Below, in pieces: positions 20,234 to 29,571 of a stretch of DNA of 64,000 nt. A program made the translations under genes and the position numbers. Below the pieces are notes generated by a model. That model was not told the origin of the DNA and searched no databases. It worked only from the letters and a program-made list of their open reading frames with translations. This stretch comes from Candidatus Eiseniibacteriota bacterium (GTDB lineage: Bacteria > Eisenbacteria > RBG-16-71-46). The stretch is taken from positions 40,302-104,301 of the forward strand of contig JBGAOA010000003.1 of NCBI GenBank assembly GCA_044222065.1. The letters are read 5' to 3'. Each line of letters opens with the position of its first letter. Position 1 is the first letter of the stretch.

Positions 20234-20917
20234 GTGTCGCCTGGCCGATCCACCGTCGCGAAGTCCCCGCACGTGCGCGCGAAGCGCGAGCGCCGCCGCG
20301 AGGAGATCCTGCACGCCGCGCTGCGCGCGTTCCGCGAGCGCGGCTACCACGCGACGACGCTCGACCACATCGCCGAGCGGCTCGGCGTGCGGAAGACGGC
20401 GCTCTACCACTACTTCCCGGACAAGGAAGCGATCCTCCACGAGTGCCACCAGGATTCGCTCGTCCAGCTCGAGCGCATCCTCGAGGCGTCGCGCGCGCTG
20501 CGCTCCCCGCGCGAGCGGCTCCGCTACCTGATCCGCGAGCACGTGCGCGTCATGACCGACACGCTGCGCGGCTCGCCGCTCGCCTTCGAAGTGCAGGCGT
20601 TCTCGGAGGAGCGCCGCACCGAGATGATCGCCGGGCGCGACGCCTACGAGCGCGAATTGCGCCGCACGATCGAGCGCGGCGTGCGCGCCGGCGAGTTCCG
20701 GCCCGTGGATCCCAAGCTCGCCGTGTTCGCGATCCTCGGCGCGATCAACTGGATCGCGCGCTGGTACCGCCCCGAGGGCGAGCTGCAGGCCGACACGATC
20801 GGCGACGCGTTCGCCGACCACCTCATGACCGGACTCGGCCCCGCGCCGCGGCTGTCGCTCGCCCGGCGCCCGCGCGCGGCCGCGCCGGCCGCAACCCGGA
20901 AGAGAACGACGCGATGA
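20234..20917 (+). CDS. TetR/AcrR family regulator (KstR2-like C-terminus)
   Basis: GTG after GGAGG; GYHATTLDHIAERLGVRKTALYHYFPDKEAIL HTH; ILGAINWIARWYRPEG. Confidence 0.9.
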   Translation: MSPGRSTVAKSPHVRAKRERRREEILHAALRAFRERGYHATTLDHIAERLGVRKTALYHYFPDKEAILHECHQDSLVQLERILEASRALRSPRERLRYLIREHVRVMTDTLRGSPLAFEVQAFSEERRTEMIAGRDAYERELRRTIERGVRAGEFRPVDPKLAVFAILGAINWIARWYRPEGELQADTIGDAFADHLMTGLGPAPRLSLARRPRAAAPAATRKRTTR

Positions 20918-21966
20918 AAGCGATTCGGCTGCTCGAAGGAGGCGCGCCGCTCGAAGTGCGCGACGTGCCCGATCCCGTGTGTGGCGACGACGACGTCGTG
21001 GTGCGCGTCGCGGGCTGCGGGGTGTGCCACACCGACATCGGCTTCTGGAAGGACGGCGTGCCGACGCGCAAGAGCCTGCCGCTCACGCTCGGGCACGAAG
21101 TGAGCGGCGTCGTCGAGTCCGCGGGCGCGGCGCACGCGGCGCTCGTGGGCCGCGAAGTGATCGTGCCGGCCGTCATTCCGTGCGGCGACTGCGACCTGTG
21201 CCGCGCCGGCCGCGGGAACGCGTGCCGCCGCCAGATCATGCCGGGCAACGACCTCGACGGCGGCTTCGCCGAGCGGCTCGCGGTGCCCGCGCGCGGCCTG
21301 TGCGTCGTGAAGGAGCGCGCCGGCTACGACCTCGCCGAGCTCAGCGTGATCGCCGACGCCGTCACGACGCCGTACCAGGCGGTCGTCCGCAGCGGGCTTC
21401 AGCCGAACGACCTCGCGATCGTAATCGGCGCCGGCGGCGTCGGCGGCTACGCGGTGCAGGTCGCGGCCGCACTCGGCGGGAAGGTGGTCGCGGTGGACGT
21501 GGACGACGCGAAGCTCGCGCTGATCGCGGAGCACGGCGCGTCGGCGACGTTCAATTCGCGCACGACGGACTTCAAGACGCTCAAGAAGGAGATCGGCGCG
21601 AAGGCGGCGGCGTGGGGCTGCCCGCCAATCGGCTGGAAGGTGTTCGAGTGCTCGGGCTCGACCGCGGGGCAGGAGACGGCGTTCGGACTGCTCGGGCACG
21701 CGGGCACGCTGCTGGTCGTGGGCTTCACGCTCGGCAAGATCGAGGTGCGGCTCAGCAACCTCATGGCGTTCGACGCCACCGTGCAGGGCACGTGGGGCTG
21801 CCGCACCGAGCTCTACCGCGAGGCCGTCCAGCTCGTCACGAGCGGGCGCGTCACCTTGAAGCCGTTCATCGAACGGCACCCGATGAGCCGCGGTCCGGAA
21901 GTGATCCGGCGCGTGGCGGACCACGAGATCACGAAGCGGGCGATCCTCGAGCCCGACTGGAGCTAG
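20914..21966 (+). CDS. had: 6-hydroxycyclohex-1-ene-1-carbonyl-CoA dehydrogenase
   Basis: MDR motifs GCGVCHTD, GHE, CxxCxxC; Had-type VPAVIPCG, QIMPGND, ADAVTTPYQA, RLSNLMAFDA, GTWGC; pathway context. Confidence 0.88.
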   Translation: MKAIRLLEGGAPLEVRDVPDPVCGDDDVVVRVAGCGVCHTDIGFWKDGVPTRKSLPLTLGHEVSGVVESAGAAHAALVGREVIVPAVIPCGDCDLCRAGRGNACRRQIMPGNDLDGGFAERLAVPARGLCVVKERAGYDLAELSVIADAVTTPYQAVVRSGLQPNDLAIVIGAGGVGGYAVQVAAALGGKVVAVDVDDAKLALIAEHGASATFNSRTTDFKTLKKEIGAKAAAWGCPPIGWKVFECSGSTAGQETAFGLLGHAGTLLVVGFTLGKIEVRLSNLMAFDATVQGTWGCRTELYREAVQLVTSGRVTLKPFIERHPMSRGPEVIRRVADHEITKRAILEPDWS

Positions 21967-21970
21967 GACC

Positions 21971-23074
21971 ATGCTGAAAGTCCACACGCTGATCGAGAAC
22001 TGGAAGCCGCAGCACATCCGCTACGAACTGAAACCCGCGCGCGACCCGAAGGGCAACGCGGTGGACGGGCTCTTCAACGCCTGGATCGTGATCGACAATC
22101 CGCCGCAGCTGAACAGCTACACGACCGAGATCGCGCGCGAGATCGTGCTCGCGTTCCGCGAGGCGAGCATGGACCGGCGCGTCGTGGCGGTCGTGTTCAC
22201 GGCGACCGGCGACAAGGCGTTCTGCACCGGCGGGAACACGAAGGAGTACGCCGAGTACTACGCGGGCAATCCGCAGGAATACAAGCAGTACATGCGCGTC
22301 TTCAACGACATGATCGACGCGATCCTGCGCTGCGACAAACCCGTCATCAACCGCGTGAACGGCATGCGCGTCGCGGGCGGCCAGGAGATCGGCATGGCGT
22401 GCGACTTCAGCATCGCCGTGGACACCGCGCGCTTCGGACAGGCGGGGCCGAAGCACGGCTCCGCGCCCGACGGCGGCTCGACGGACTTCCTGCCGCTCTA
22501 CGTCGGCTTCGGTCACGCGATGGAGAGCGCCGTGCTGTGCCAGCTCTGGAGCGCGCACAAGGCCGCGTTCCTCGGGCTCATCAACGAAGTCGTGCCGGTG
22601 CTGAAGGTGGACGGGCGGTTCGTTCCGAACCCGCTCGTCGTGACGGATCGATTCGTGGACGAGTGGGGCCGCATCGTCTACGGCGACTTCCGCACCGGCC
22701 CCGATGCCGAGGCCGCGAAGGCGACCCTCGCGAAGGCGACGACCGACCTGTCGAAGCTCGACGAAGCGGTCGAACGCGCGTGCACGCAGCTCCTGATGCT
22801 CATGCCCGACTGCGTGTCGAAGACCGTGAACAGCGTGCGCAAGCACAAGCAGCGTCACTGGGACCAGAACAGCATCACGAATCGCGAGTGGCTCGCGCTC
22901 AACATGATGACCGAGGGCCGCGCCGGCTTCCGCGCGTTCAACGAAGGTCCGAAGGACCGCCGCGAGGTGGACTTCATCAAGCTGCGCCAGCTGCTCGCGC
23001 AGGGCCATCCGTGGGACGACGAGCTCTATCGCGCGATCTCGCCCCAGTGTCAGACCGAGGGCGCGCCGCGCTGA
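21971..23074 (+). CDS. oah: 6-oxocyclohex-1-ene-1-carbonyl-CoA hydrolase (Oah/BamA/BzdY)
   Basis: DNPPQLNSYTT, AFCTGGNTKEYAEYYAGNPQEYKQYMR, QAGPKHGSAPDGGSTDFLP, WLALNMMTE. Confidence 0.95.
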   Translation: MLKVHTLIENWKPQHIRYELKPARDPKGNAVDGLFNAWIVIDNPPQLNSYTTEIAREIVLAFREASMDRRVVAVVFTATGDKAFCTGGNTKEYAEYYAGNPQEYKQYMRVFNDMIDAILRCDKPVINRVNGMRVAGGQEIGMACDFSIAVDTARFGQAGPKHGSAPDGGSTDFLPLYVGFGHAMESAVLCQLWSAHKAAFLGLINEVVPVLKVDGRFVPNPLVVTDRFVDEWGRIVYGDFRTGPDAEAAKATLAKATTDLSKLDEAVERACTQLLMLMPDCVSKTVNSVRKHKQRHWDQNSITNREWLALNMMTEGRAGFRAFNEGPKDRREVDFIKLRQLLAQGHPWDDELYRAISPQCQTEGAPR

Positions 23075-23102
23075 GCCGCGGCGCCGAAGGGAGCGGGCGG
23101 CG

Positions 23103-23852
23103 GTGGATCTGGGACTGAAGGGCCGGGCGGCGATCGTCACGGGCGGCGCGTCGGGGATCGGCGCGGCGGTCGCGGCCGAACTCGCGCGCGAGGGCTGCGA
23201 CGTCGCGATCGTGGACCTGAAGGCGCCCGCGCCGGACTCGCCGCCGATGCGCGCGATCGCCGACGCCGGGCGGCGCGCGCTCGCGTTCGCCGCCGACGTG
23301 CGCGACTTCGCGCTCGCCGAGCGTACGGTGAAGGACATCGCCGCCGCGTTCGGCCGCCTCGACGTGCTCGTGTGCTCGGCCGGCATCACCGACGACGCGC
23401 TGTCGTGGAAGATGGACGAGGCGCAGTGGGACCGCGTGCTCGCCGTGAACCTGAAGGGCTGCTTCAACTGGTCGCGCGCCGCCGCGGCGATCCTGAAGGA
23501 GCGGCGCTTCGGCCGCATCGTGAACGTCGCCTCGATCAACGGCCTGCGCGGCAAGTTCGGTCAGGCAAACTACGCGGCGTCCAAGGGCGGCGTGATCGCG
23601 CTGTCGAAGACACTCGCGCGCGAGCTCGGCAAGTTCGGCGTCACCGTGAACGTCGTCGCGCCCGGCATGGTGCGCACCGAGATGGCGTCGTCGCTGCCGC
23701 CGGACGTGATCGAGAAGGCCGTGGACGAGACGGTCGTCGGCCGCATCGCGAGTCCCGAGGACTGCGCGGCGGCGGTCGCGTTCCTGTGCTCGGAGCGCGC
23801 CGCGCACCTGACCGGGCAGATCGTGAAGGTGGACGGTGGCCAGTACCTGTGA
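23103..23852 (+). CDS. SDR oxidoreductase (3-oxoacyl/3-hydroxyacyl-CoA dehydrogenase, FabG-like)
   Basis: TGGASGIG, YAASK, GQANY, TGQIVKVDGG. Confidence 0.9.
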   Translation: MDLGLKGRAAIVTGGASGIGAAVAAELAREGCDVAIVDLKAPAPDSPPMRAIADAGRRALAFAADVRDFALAERTVKDIAAAFGRLDVLVCSAGITDDALSWKMDEAQWDRVLAVNLKGCFNWSRAAAAILKERRFGRIVNVASINGLRGKFGQANYAASKGGVIALSKTLARELGKFGVTVNVVAPGMVRTEMASSLPPDVIEKAVDETVVGRIASPEDCAAAVAFLCSERAAHLTGQIVKVDGGQYL

Positions 23853-23873
23853 GCGCGGCGTGAGGGGCGCGCG

Positions 23874-25028
23874 ATGAGCCGCGTCGCGGTCGTCGGCATC
23901 GGGCACACGGCGTTCGGCCGCCGCGCCGACGCGAGCGTGCAGGAACTCGCGTGCGAGGCGTTCCGCGAAGCGCTCTCCGACGCGGGCCTCGAGCGCGACG
24001 CGATCGAAGCCACGGTCGTCGGCTCGGTGCCCGAGTACCACAAGCAGCGTTCGCTCGCGGGCGTCGTGAACGAGTACCTCGGACTCGCGCCGCGCCCCAC
24101 GTGGCTGACCGAAGCGGCGTGCGCGTCGGGGAGCGCCGCAATCCGCACCGCGTGGACGCAGATCCGCGCCGGGGTGCACGACGTGGTCGCGGTGATCGGC
24201 TGCCAGAAGATGACCGAGCTTCCGACCGCCGACATCCTCGCCCTGATGGGCCGCGTGGGCGAGGTGCAGTGGGAGTCCGTGTTCGGCACGACGTTCCCCG
24301 GCTACTACGCGATGTTCGCGCGCCGTCACATGCACGAGTTCGGCACGACGCGCGAGCAGCTCACGGCGGTCGCGGTCAAGAACCACCACTACGGCGCGCT
24401 CAACCCGCTCGCGATGTTCCGCAAGGAAGTGACGGCCGAGAAGGCGCGAGCGTCCGAAGAGGTCGCCGCCCCGTTCAACGTGTACGACTGCTGCGCGAAC
24501 GCCGACGGCGCCGCGTGCGTGATCCTCGCGTCCGAGCCGCGCGCGCGTTCGCTGGCGAAGCCGCCGGTGTGGCTCGCGGGACTGGGTGCTGCGAGCGCGA
24601 GCATGAGCGTGCTGCGCCGGCCATCGCTCGCGGGGCTGCCGAGCGCCGAGCGCGCCGCCGCCGACGCGTACGCGATGGCGGGCGTGCACGCGAAGCGCGT
24701 GCGCGTCGCCGACGTGCACGACTGCTTCACGATCGCCGAGATCCTCGCCTACGAAGACCTGGGCTTCTGCGCGCGCGGCGAGGGCGGACGTCTCGCCGAG
24801 TCGCGCGCGACGTGGATCGGCGGGCCCGTGGCCGTGAACGTGGACGGTGGCCTCAAGGCGAAGGGCCACCCGATCGGCGCGACGGGCGTCTCGATGACGT
24901 GCGAGATCGTGAAGCAGCTGCGCGGCGAGGCGGGCGAGCGGCAGGTGCCGAACGCCGACGTCGGGCTCACGCACAACGTCGGCGGCATCGGGCAGTACTG
25001 CTTCGTGCACGTGCTCACGCGGGAGTGA
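23874..25028 (+). CDS. Thiolase, SCP-x/archaeal type
   Basis: EAACASG catalytic Cys, HDCFTIAE, GHPIGATG, HNVGG. Confidence 0.9.
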   Translation: MSRVAVVGIGHTAFGRRADASVQELACEAFREALSDAGLERDAIEATVVGSVPEYHKQRSLAGVVNEYLGLAPRPTWLTEAACASGSAAIRTAWTQIRAGVHDVVAVIGCQKMTELPTADILALMGRVGEVQWESVFGTTFPGYYAMFARRHMHEFGTTREQLTAVAVKNHHYGALNPLAMFRKEVTAEKARASEEVAAPFNVYDCCANADGAACVILASEPRARSLAKPPVWLAGLGAASASMSVLRRPSLAGLPSAERAAADAYAMAGVHAKRVRVADVHDCFTIAEILAYEDLGFCARGEGGRLAESRATWIGGPVAVNVDGGLKAKGHPIGATGVSMTCEIVKQLRGEAGERQVPNADVGLTHNVGGIGQYCFVHVLTRE

Positions 25029-25032
25029 CGCG

Positions 25033-25500
25033 ATGTTCAAGTGGTTCGGGATCGTCAGCTTCACGCCGCACACGAAGGTCGCGGCGTTCGCCGAACACCT
25101 GAAGGACGGGCGCATCGTGGGCTCGCGCTGCACGGCGTGCGGTGAGCGTAGTTTCCCGCCGCGCGCCGACTGCGAGCGCTGCCTGTCGCCGGCGTTCGAG
25201 TTCGTCCCGATCGCGCCGCGCGGGCGACTGCTCACGTGGACGCGCATCCACGCCGCGCCGACGGGGTTCGAAGCGCTCGCGCCGTACGCGCTCGGCGTCG
25301 TGGACCTGGAAGACGGCGGCCGCGCGCTGGCGCCGTTCGGCTCGAGTGTGACGCCCGACCTGATTCGAATCGGAATGGAACTGGACCTCGTGCCGCGCCT
25401 GCACGAGGAGATCGAGGACATCCGGGTGGACTACACGCTCGAGCGGCCGGGCGCCGGATCGGGCGCGGCGGCGGGCACGGCCCCGCCGGGGAGGAGTTGA
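25033..25500 (+). CDS. DUF35 Zn-ribbon/OB-fold thiolase partner
   Basis: CTACG...FPPRADCERC, GRLLTWT, PYALGVVDLEDG; follows the thiolase. Confidence 0.9.
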   Translation: MFKWFGIVSFTPHTKVAAFAEHLKDGRIVGSRCTACGERSFPPRADCERCLSPAFEFVPIAPRGRLLTWTRIHAAPTGFEALAPYALGVVDLEDGGRALAPFGSSVTPDLIRIGMELDLVPRLHEEIEDIRVDYTLERPGAGSGAAAGTAPPGRS

Positions 25501-25503
25501 ACG

Positions 25504-26262
25504 ATGGCGTTCCAGCACACGATCGAAGACGGCGTCGCGACGCTGACGCTCGCGAGCCCGCCGCTCAACATCCTCACGCGCGCCGCACTCGCCGAACTGC
25601 GTGCCGCGCTCGAGGCGCTCGCGCGCGAGCCGGGGCTGCGCGTCGTGCGGCTCGTCGCCGCGGGGAACCACTTCTCGGCCGGCGCCGACGTCGGTGAGCA
25701 CCTGGCGCCACAATACCGCGAGCTGATCCCCGAGTTCGCGAGCACGATCGAAGCGCTCGCCGCGTTCCCGCTGCCCGTGATCGCGGCGGTGCGCGGGCGC
25801 TGCCTCGGCGGCGGCTTCGAGCTCGTGCAGGCGGCCGACGTGATCGTGGCGGGCGAGGGCGCGTCGTTCGGCCAGCCCGAGATCCTGCTCGGCGTCACGG
25901 CGCCCGCGGCGTGCGTGCTGCTGCCTCGGCTCGGCTCGCGCGGCGCGGCGGCGGAGCTGCTCTTCACGGGCGATCCGATCCCGGCGAAGCGCGCGCTCGA
26001 ACTCGGATTCGTGCAGCGCGTCGTCGAGGACGCCCGCGTCGAGGACGAAGCGCTCGCGCTCGCGAAGCGGATGAGCCGCCACAGCGCCGTCGCGCTCGAG
26101 TTCACGAAGCGCACGCTGAACGAGACCGCGCCGCTCGCGCGCGGTGCGGCGCTCGGCGTGGCCGCGTCGATGTACGTGAACGAACTCATGAACGCCGCCG
26201 ACCCGAACGAGGGCCTGCGCGCGTTCCTCGACAAGCGCCCGGCCGAGTGGAGGCACGCATGA
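25504..26262 (+). CDS. dch: Cyclohexa-1,5-diene-1-carbonyl-CoA hydratase (crotonase family)
   Basis: PPLNIL, HFSAGADVGEHL, VRGRCLGGGFEL, GQPEILLG, EGLRAFLDKR; directly upstream of bcrC. Confidence 0.8.
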   Translation: MAFQHTIEDGVATLTLASPPLNILTRAALAELRAALEALAREPGLRVVRLVAAGNHFSAGADVGEHLAPQYRELIPEFASTIEALAAFPLPVIAAVRGRCLGGGFELVQAADVIVAGEGASFGQPEILLGVTAPAACVLLPRLGSRGAAAELLFTGDPIPAKRALELGFVQRVVEDARVEDEALALAKRMSRHSAVALEFTKRTLNETAPLARGAALGVAASMYVNELMNAADPNEGLRAFLDKRPAEWRHA

Positions 26263-27428
26263 ACGCGGTGCGCGTGTTCCCCGAGTGGCGCGGCCTCGAG
26301 CTCGACGACACGCTGCGCGCGTGCGTGGACCTGCTCGAGGACACCGACTTCCCGACCGCGAAGCGCTGGCGCGAGGCGGGCGGCAAGATCGTCGGGCACT
26401 TCCAGGTGTACTTCCCCGAAGAGATCGCGCACGCGGCCGGCATGTTGCCGTTCAAGATGCGCGGCGCGCCGATCGAGCCCAAGCGCGCCGACTCGCGCTT
26501 CGGCTCGTACCTGTGCTCGATCCTCAAGACCTCGCTCGAACTCGCGCTCTCGAACCGCGTCGAGCTGGAACTGTTCGTCACGCACCCGATCTGCGACGCG
26601 GCGCGCAACCTCGCCGCCGTGTTCGGGCGCAACTTCCCGTACCCGTGCCAGATCCTCTACCTGCCGCAGAACGCGGCGTCGCCCGCGGCCCGCACGTACC
26701 TGCGCGGCGAATACGACCGCGTGCGCGAGCTGTGCGGCACGATCGCGGGTCGGCCGGTCACCGACGACGCGCTGCGCGCCTCGATCGCCGTGTTCGACCG
26801 CAATCGCGCGCTGCTCCGCGAGCTGTACGCGATCAAGCGCGAGACGCCGTGGCTCGTCGCCGCGCACGAGGCGTACGCGCTCGTCGCGCTCGGCGGACTG
26901 ATGCCGCGCGAGGAGCACAACGAGCTGCTCGAACACGTGCTGCCGCGGCTGCGCGCCCGCGGCCTCAAGCCGCAGGACCGCGTGCGCATCGTGTTCGAGG
27001 GCGGCTTCTGCGAACAGCCGCCGTTCGAGCTGATCCGCTCGATCGGGCGCTCGTGCTACGTCGTGGACGACGACCTGCTGATCGGCCTGCGCTGGATCCT
27101 CGAGGACGTCGGCGCGTCGGGCGATCCGCTCGACGCGCTCGCGCACGCCTACCTCGACCGCTCGAGCTACAGCCCGGTGCAGCACGACCCGAGGAAGCCC
27201 AAGGAGGCGATGCTGCTCGAACGCGTGCGCCGCTCGAATGCCCAGGCCGTGATCCTCGCCGCGGCGAAGATGTGCGAGCCCGGGCTCGAGGAGCAGGTCG
27301 CGTACGTGCACGCGCTCGAAGAGGCGAAGCTGCCGTACTTCGTGACCGAGTTCGAAGAGAACATGACGAGCTTCGACACGCTCGAGATCCAGCTCGAGAC
27401 GTTCGTCGAGAACCTGCTGTTCGTGTGA
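26259..27428 (+). CDS. bcrC: Class I benzoyl-CoA reductase subunit C
   Basis: VYFPEEIAHAAGMLP, SYLC, PICD..RNL, TDDALRASI, FCEQPP, KMCEP; these blocks match my recollection of Thauera BcrC. Confidence 0.85.
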   Translation: MNAVRVFPEWRGLELDDTLRACVDLLEDTDFPTAKRWREAGGKIVGHFQVYFPEEIAHAAGMLPFKMRGAPIEPKRADSRFGSYLCSILKTSLELALSNRVELELFVTHPICDAARNLAAVFGRNFPYPCQILYLPQNAASPAARTYLRGEYDRVRELCGTIAGRPVTDDALRASIAVFDRNRALLRELYAIKRETPWLVAAHEAYALVALGGLMPREEHNELLEHVLPRLRARGLKPQDRVRIVFEGGFCEQPPFELIRSIGRSCYVVDDDLLIGLRWILEDVGASGDPLDALAHAYLDRSSYSPVQHDPRKPKEAMLLERVRRSNAQAVILAAAKMCEPGLEEQVAYVHALEEAKLPYFVTEFEENMTSFDTLEIQLETFVENLLFV

Positions 27429-27438
27429 GGGAGGGGAG

Positions 27439-28734
27439 ATGAACGGAGCGAACGAGACGAACGGCCTCGTGGGGCGCGCGAACCGCGAAGGCGCGCGGCT
27501 GTTCCGCGAGTGGTTCGACGGACTCGGGCAGGCGGCCGAGGAGGGACGGGGCGGAGCGTACGTGTTCGTCATGGGCAGCCTCGGCGAGCTGCTCACGACG
27601 TTCGACCTGCCGCTCGTGTTCCCCGAGATCAACTCGCTGCAGACCGCGGTGCGGCGCCAGGCGCACGACTACCTGAACGAGGCCGAGGACGTCGGCTACT
27701 CGCCCGACATCTGCGGCTACGTGAAGGCCGACGTCGCGACGCAGCGGCGCGGTGGCGCGCTGCCGATGGGGCGCATCCCGAAGCCGTCGATCGCGGTGCT
27801 CACGAACGCGTGCAACACGTACATCAAGTGGGCCGAGATCTGGGAGCGCATGTACGGCATGCCGTCGTACGTCCTCGACGTGCCCGCCTCGCGCCAGGAC
27901 GGCCAGCCGGTGCGGCGCGGCGCGATGGGCTTCGAGCGCGACCGCGCGTACGTCGCGGCGCAGCTCAAGGAGCTGATCGCGGTGCTCGAGGACGTCACGA
28001 AGAAGCGCTTCGACATCGACCGGCTGCGCGAGGCGATGGGCCACGCGAACGCGATGAGCCGCGCGTGGAAGCGCGTGCTCGAGCTGAACCGCAGCCGGCC
28101 GTCGCTGTTCAACGCGCTCTCGGACGGCACGATCTACCTGGGCGTGTGCAACGGCTTCCGCGGCAAGGCCGAGGGTGCGCGCTACTTCGAGGACCTCGTC
28201 GAAGAGATGGAGTTCAAGCGCGCGAACGCGATCGGCACGCTCGTGGACGAACGCTTCCGGCTCGTGTTCGTCGGCGTGCCGTGCTACCCGATCTTCCGCC
28301 GCTTCACCGAGCTGTTCTCGGAACACGGCGGCACGTTCGTCAGCTCGACCTACCTGTGGTTCGCCTCGGGCGGCACGAACCTCGGCTTCGAGTACGACCT
28401 GAAGGACCCGATCGAGAGCCTCGCCGAGGGCGTGCTCGTGGGCGTGAGCGACGCGATGGACAGCATGTTCTTCCAGACCGACGCCCTCGCCTCGATCGTG
28501 GACGAGTTCGGCGTGGACGGCGTCGTCTACCACCCGATCAAGAGCTGCCGCACGACGTCCACCGGCCTCGCCGACAACCGGCGCGCGCTGATGGAGCGCC
28601 GCGACGTGCCGAGCCTCTTCATCGAGTCGGACATGATGGACCGGCGCGTCGTCTCGGAAGCGCAGCTCAAGAACCGTATCGACGCGTTCTTCGAAGGCCT
28701 GCAGTCGCGCCGGAACCAGGCCGCGGCCGTCTAG
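27439..28734 (+). CDS. bcrB: Class I benzoyl-CoA reductase subunit B
   Basis: PEINSLQ, DICGYVKAD, NACNTYIKW, KRFDIDRLRE, IKSCR, KNRIDAFF: three Fe-S Cys in BcrB positions. Confidence 0.85.
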   Translation: MNGANETNGLVGRANREGARLFREWFDGLGQAAEEGRGGAYVFVMGSLGELLTTFDLPLVFPEINSLQTAVRRQAHDYLNEAEDVGYSPDICGYVKADVATQRRGGALPMGRIPKPSIAVLTNACNTYIKWAEIWERMYGMPSYVLDVPASRQDGQPVRRGAMGFERDRAYVAAQLKELIAVLEDVTKKRFDIDRLREAMGHANAMSRAWKRVLELNRSRPSLFNALSDGTIYLGVCNGFRGKAEGARYFEDLVEEMEFKRANAIGTLVDERFRLVFVGVPCYPIFRRFTELFSEHGGTFVSSTYLWFASGGTNLGFEYDLKDPIESLAEGVLVGVSDAMDSMFFQTDALASIVDEFGVDGVVYHPIKSCRTTSTGLADNRRALMERRDVPSLFIESDMMDRRVVSEAQLKNRIDAFFEGLQSRRNQAAAV

Positions 28735-28749
28735 GGAAAGGGCATCGCG

Positions 28750-29571
28750 ATGGCGTACGCAGCGGGCGTGGACGTCGGCTCCACGCAGACGAAGGCGGTG
28801 GTGGTGAACGAGCGCGGCGCGATCGTCGGCCGCGCGCTCACGATGACCGGCGCGAACGTGACGCAGGCGGCCGAAGAGGCATTCGCCGCATCACTCGCGA
28901 ACGGCGACGTGCGCGAGGAAGAGGTCGAGTACGTGATCGGCACCGGCTACGGCCGCTACAAGGTCACGTTCGGGAACACGCAGGTCACCGAGATCAGCTG
29001 CCACGGGCGCGGCGCGGTGCACATGTTCCCGGGCACGCGCACGGTCGTGGACATGGGCGGCCAGGACACGAAGGCGATCCGCGTCTCCGAGCGCGGCGAG
29101 ATCGTGGACTTCTGCATGAACGACAAGTGCGCGGCGGGCACCGGGCGCTTCCTCGGCGCGGCGTCGTCGGCGCTCGACATCCCGCTCGACCAGCTCGGCG
29201 CGACCGCGCTCCGGGGCGAGCGGCCGGTGAAGATCTCGACCACGTGCACCGTGTTCGCCGAGTCCGAGGTGCTGTCGTGGCTCGGCAAGGGCAAGAAGAT
29301 CGAGGACATCCTGCTCGGCGTGCACCAGAGCATCGCCGGCCGCTCGACCGGTCTGCTGTGGCGCGTCGGCATCGAGCCCGAGGTGACGTTCACGGGCGGC
29401 GTGGCGAAGAACGTCGCGATGATCGAGTCGCTCGAGAAGTCCATCGGCGCGAAGGTGAACGTGAGCCCGGACTCGCACTTCATGGGCGCGCTCGGCGCCG
29501 CGCTGTTCGCGCTCGACCACATCCGCGCGAGCCGCACGCCCGCGGGCCTCAAATCGGGGGTGGCGTCGTGA
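28750..29571 (+). CDS. bcrA: Benzoyl-CoA reductase ATPase/electron-activation subunit (short BcrA/BzdQ-like)
   Basis: ASKHA motifs [48 protein letters not shown]. Confidence 0.75.
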   Translation: MAYAAGVDVGSTQTKAVVVNERGAIVGRALTMTGANVTQAAEEAFAASLANGDVREEEVEYVIGTGYGRYKVTFGNTQVTEISCHGRGAVHMFPGTRTVVDMGGQDTKAIRVSERGEIVDFCMNDKCAAGTGRFLGAASSALDIPLDQLGATALRGERPVKISTTCTVFAESEVLSWLGKGKKIEDILLGVHQSIAGRSTGLLWRVGIEPEVTFTGGVAKNVAMIESLEKSIGAKVNVSPDSHFMGALGAALFALDHIRASRTPAGLKSGVAS

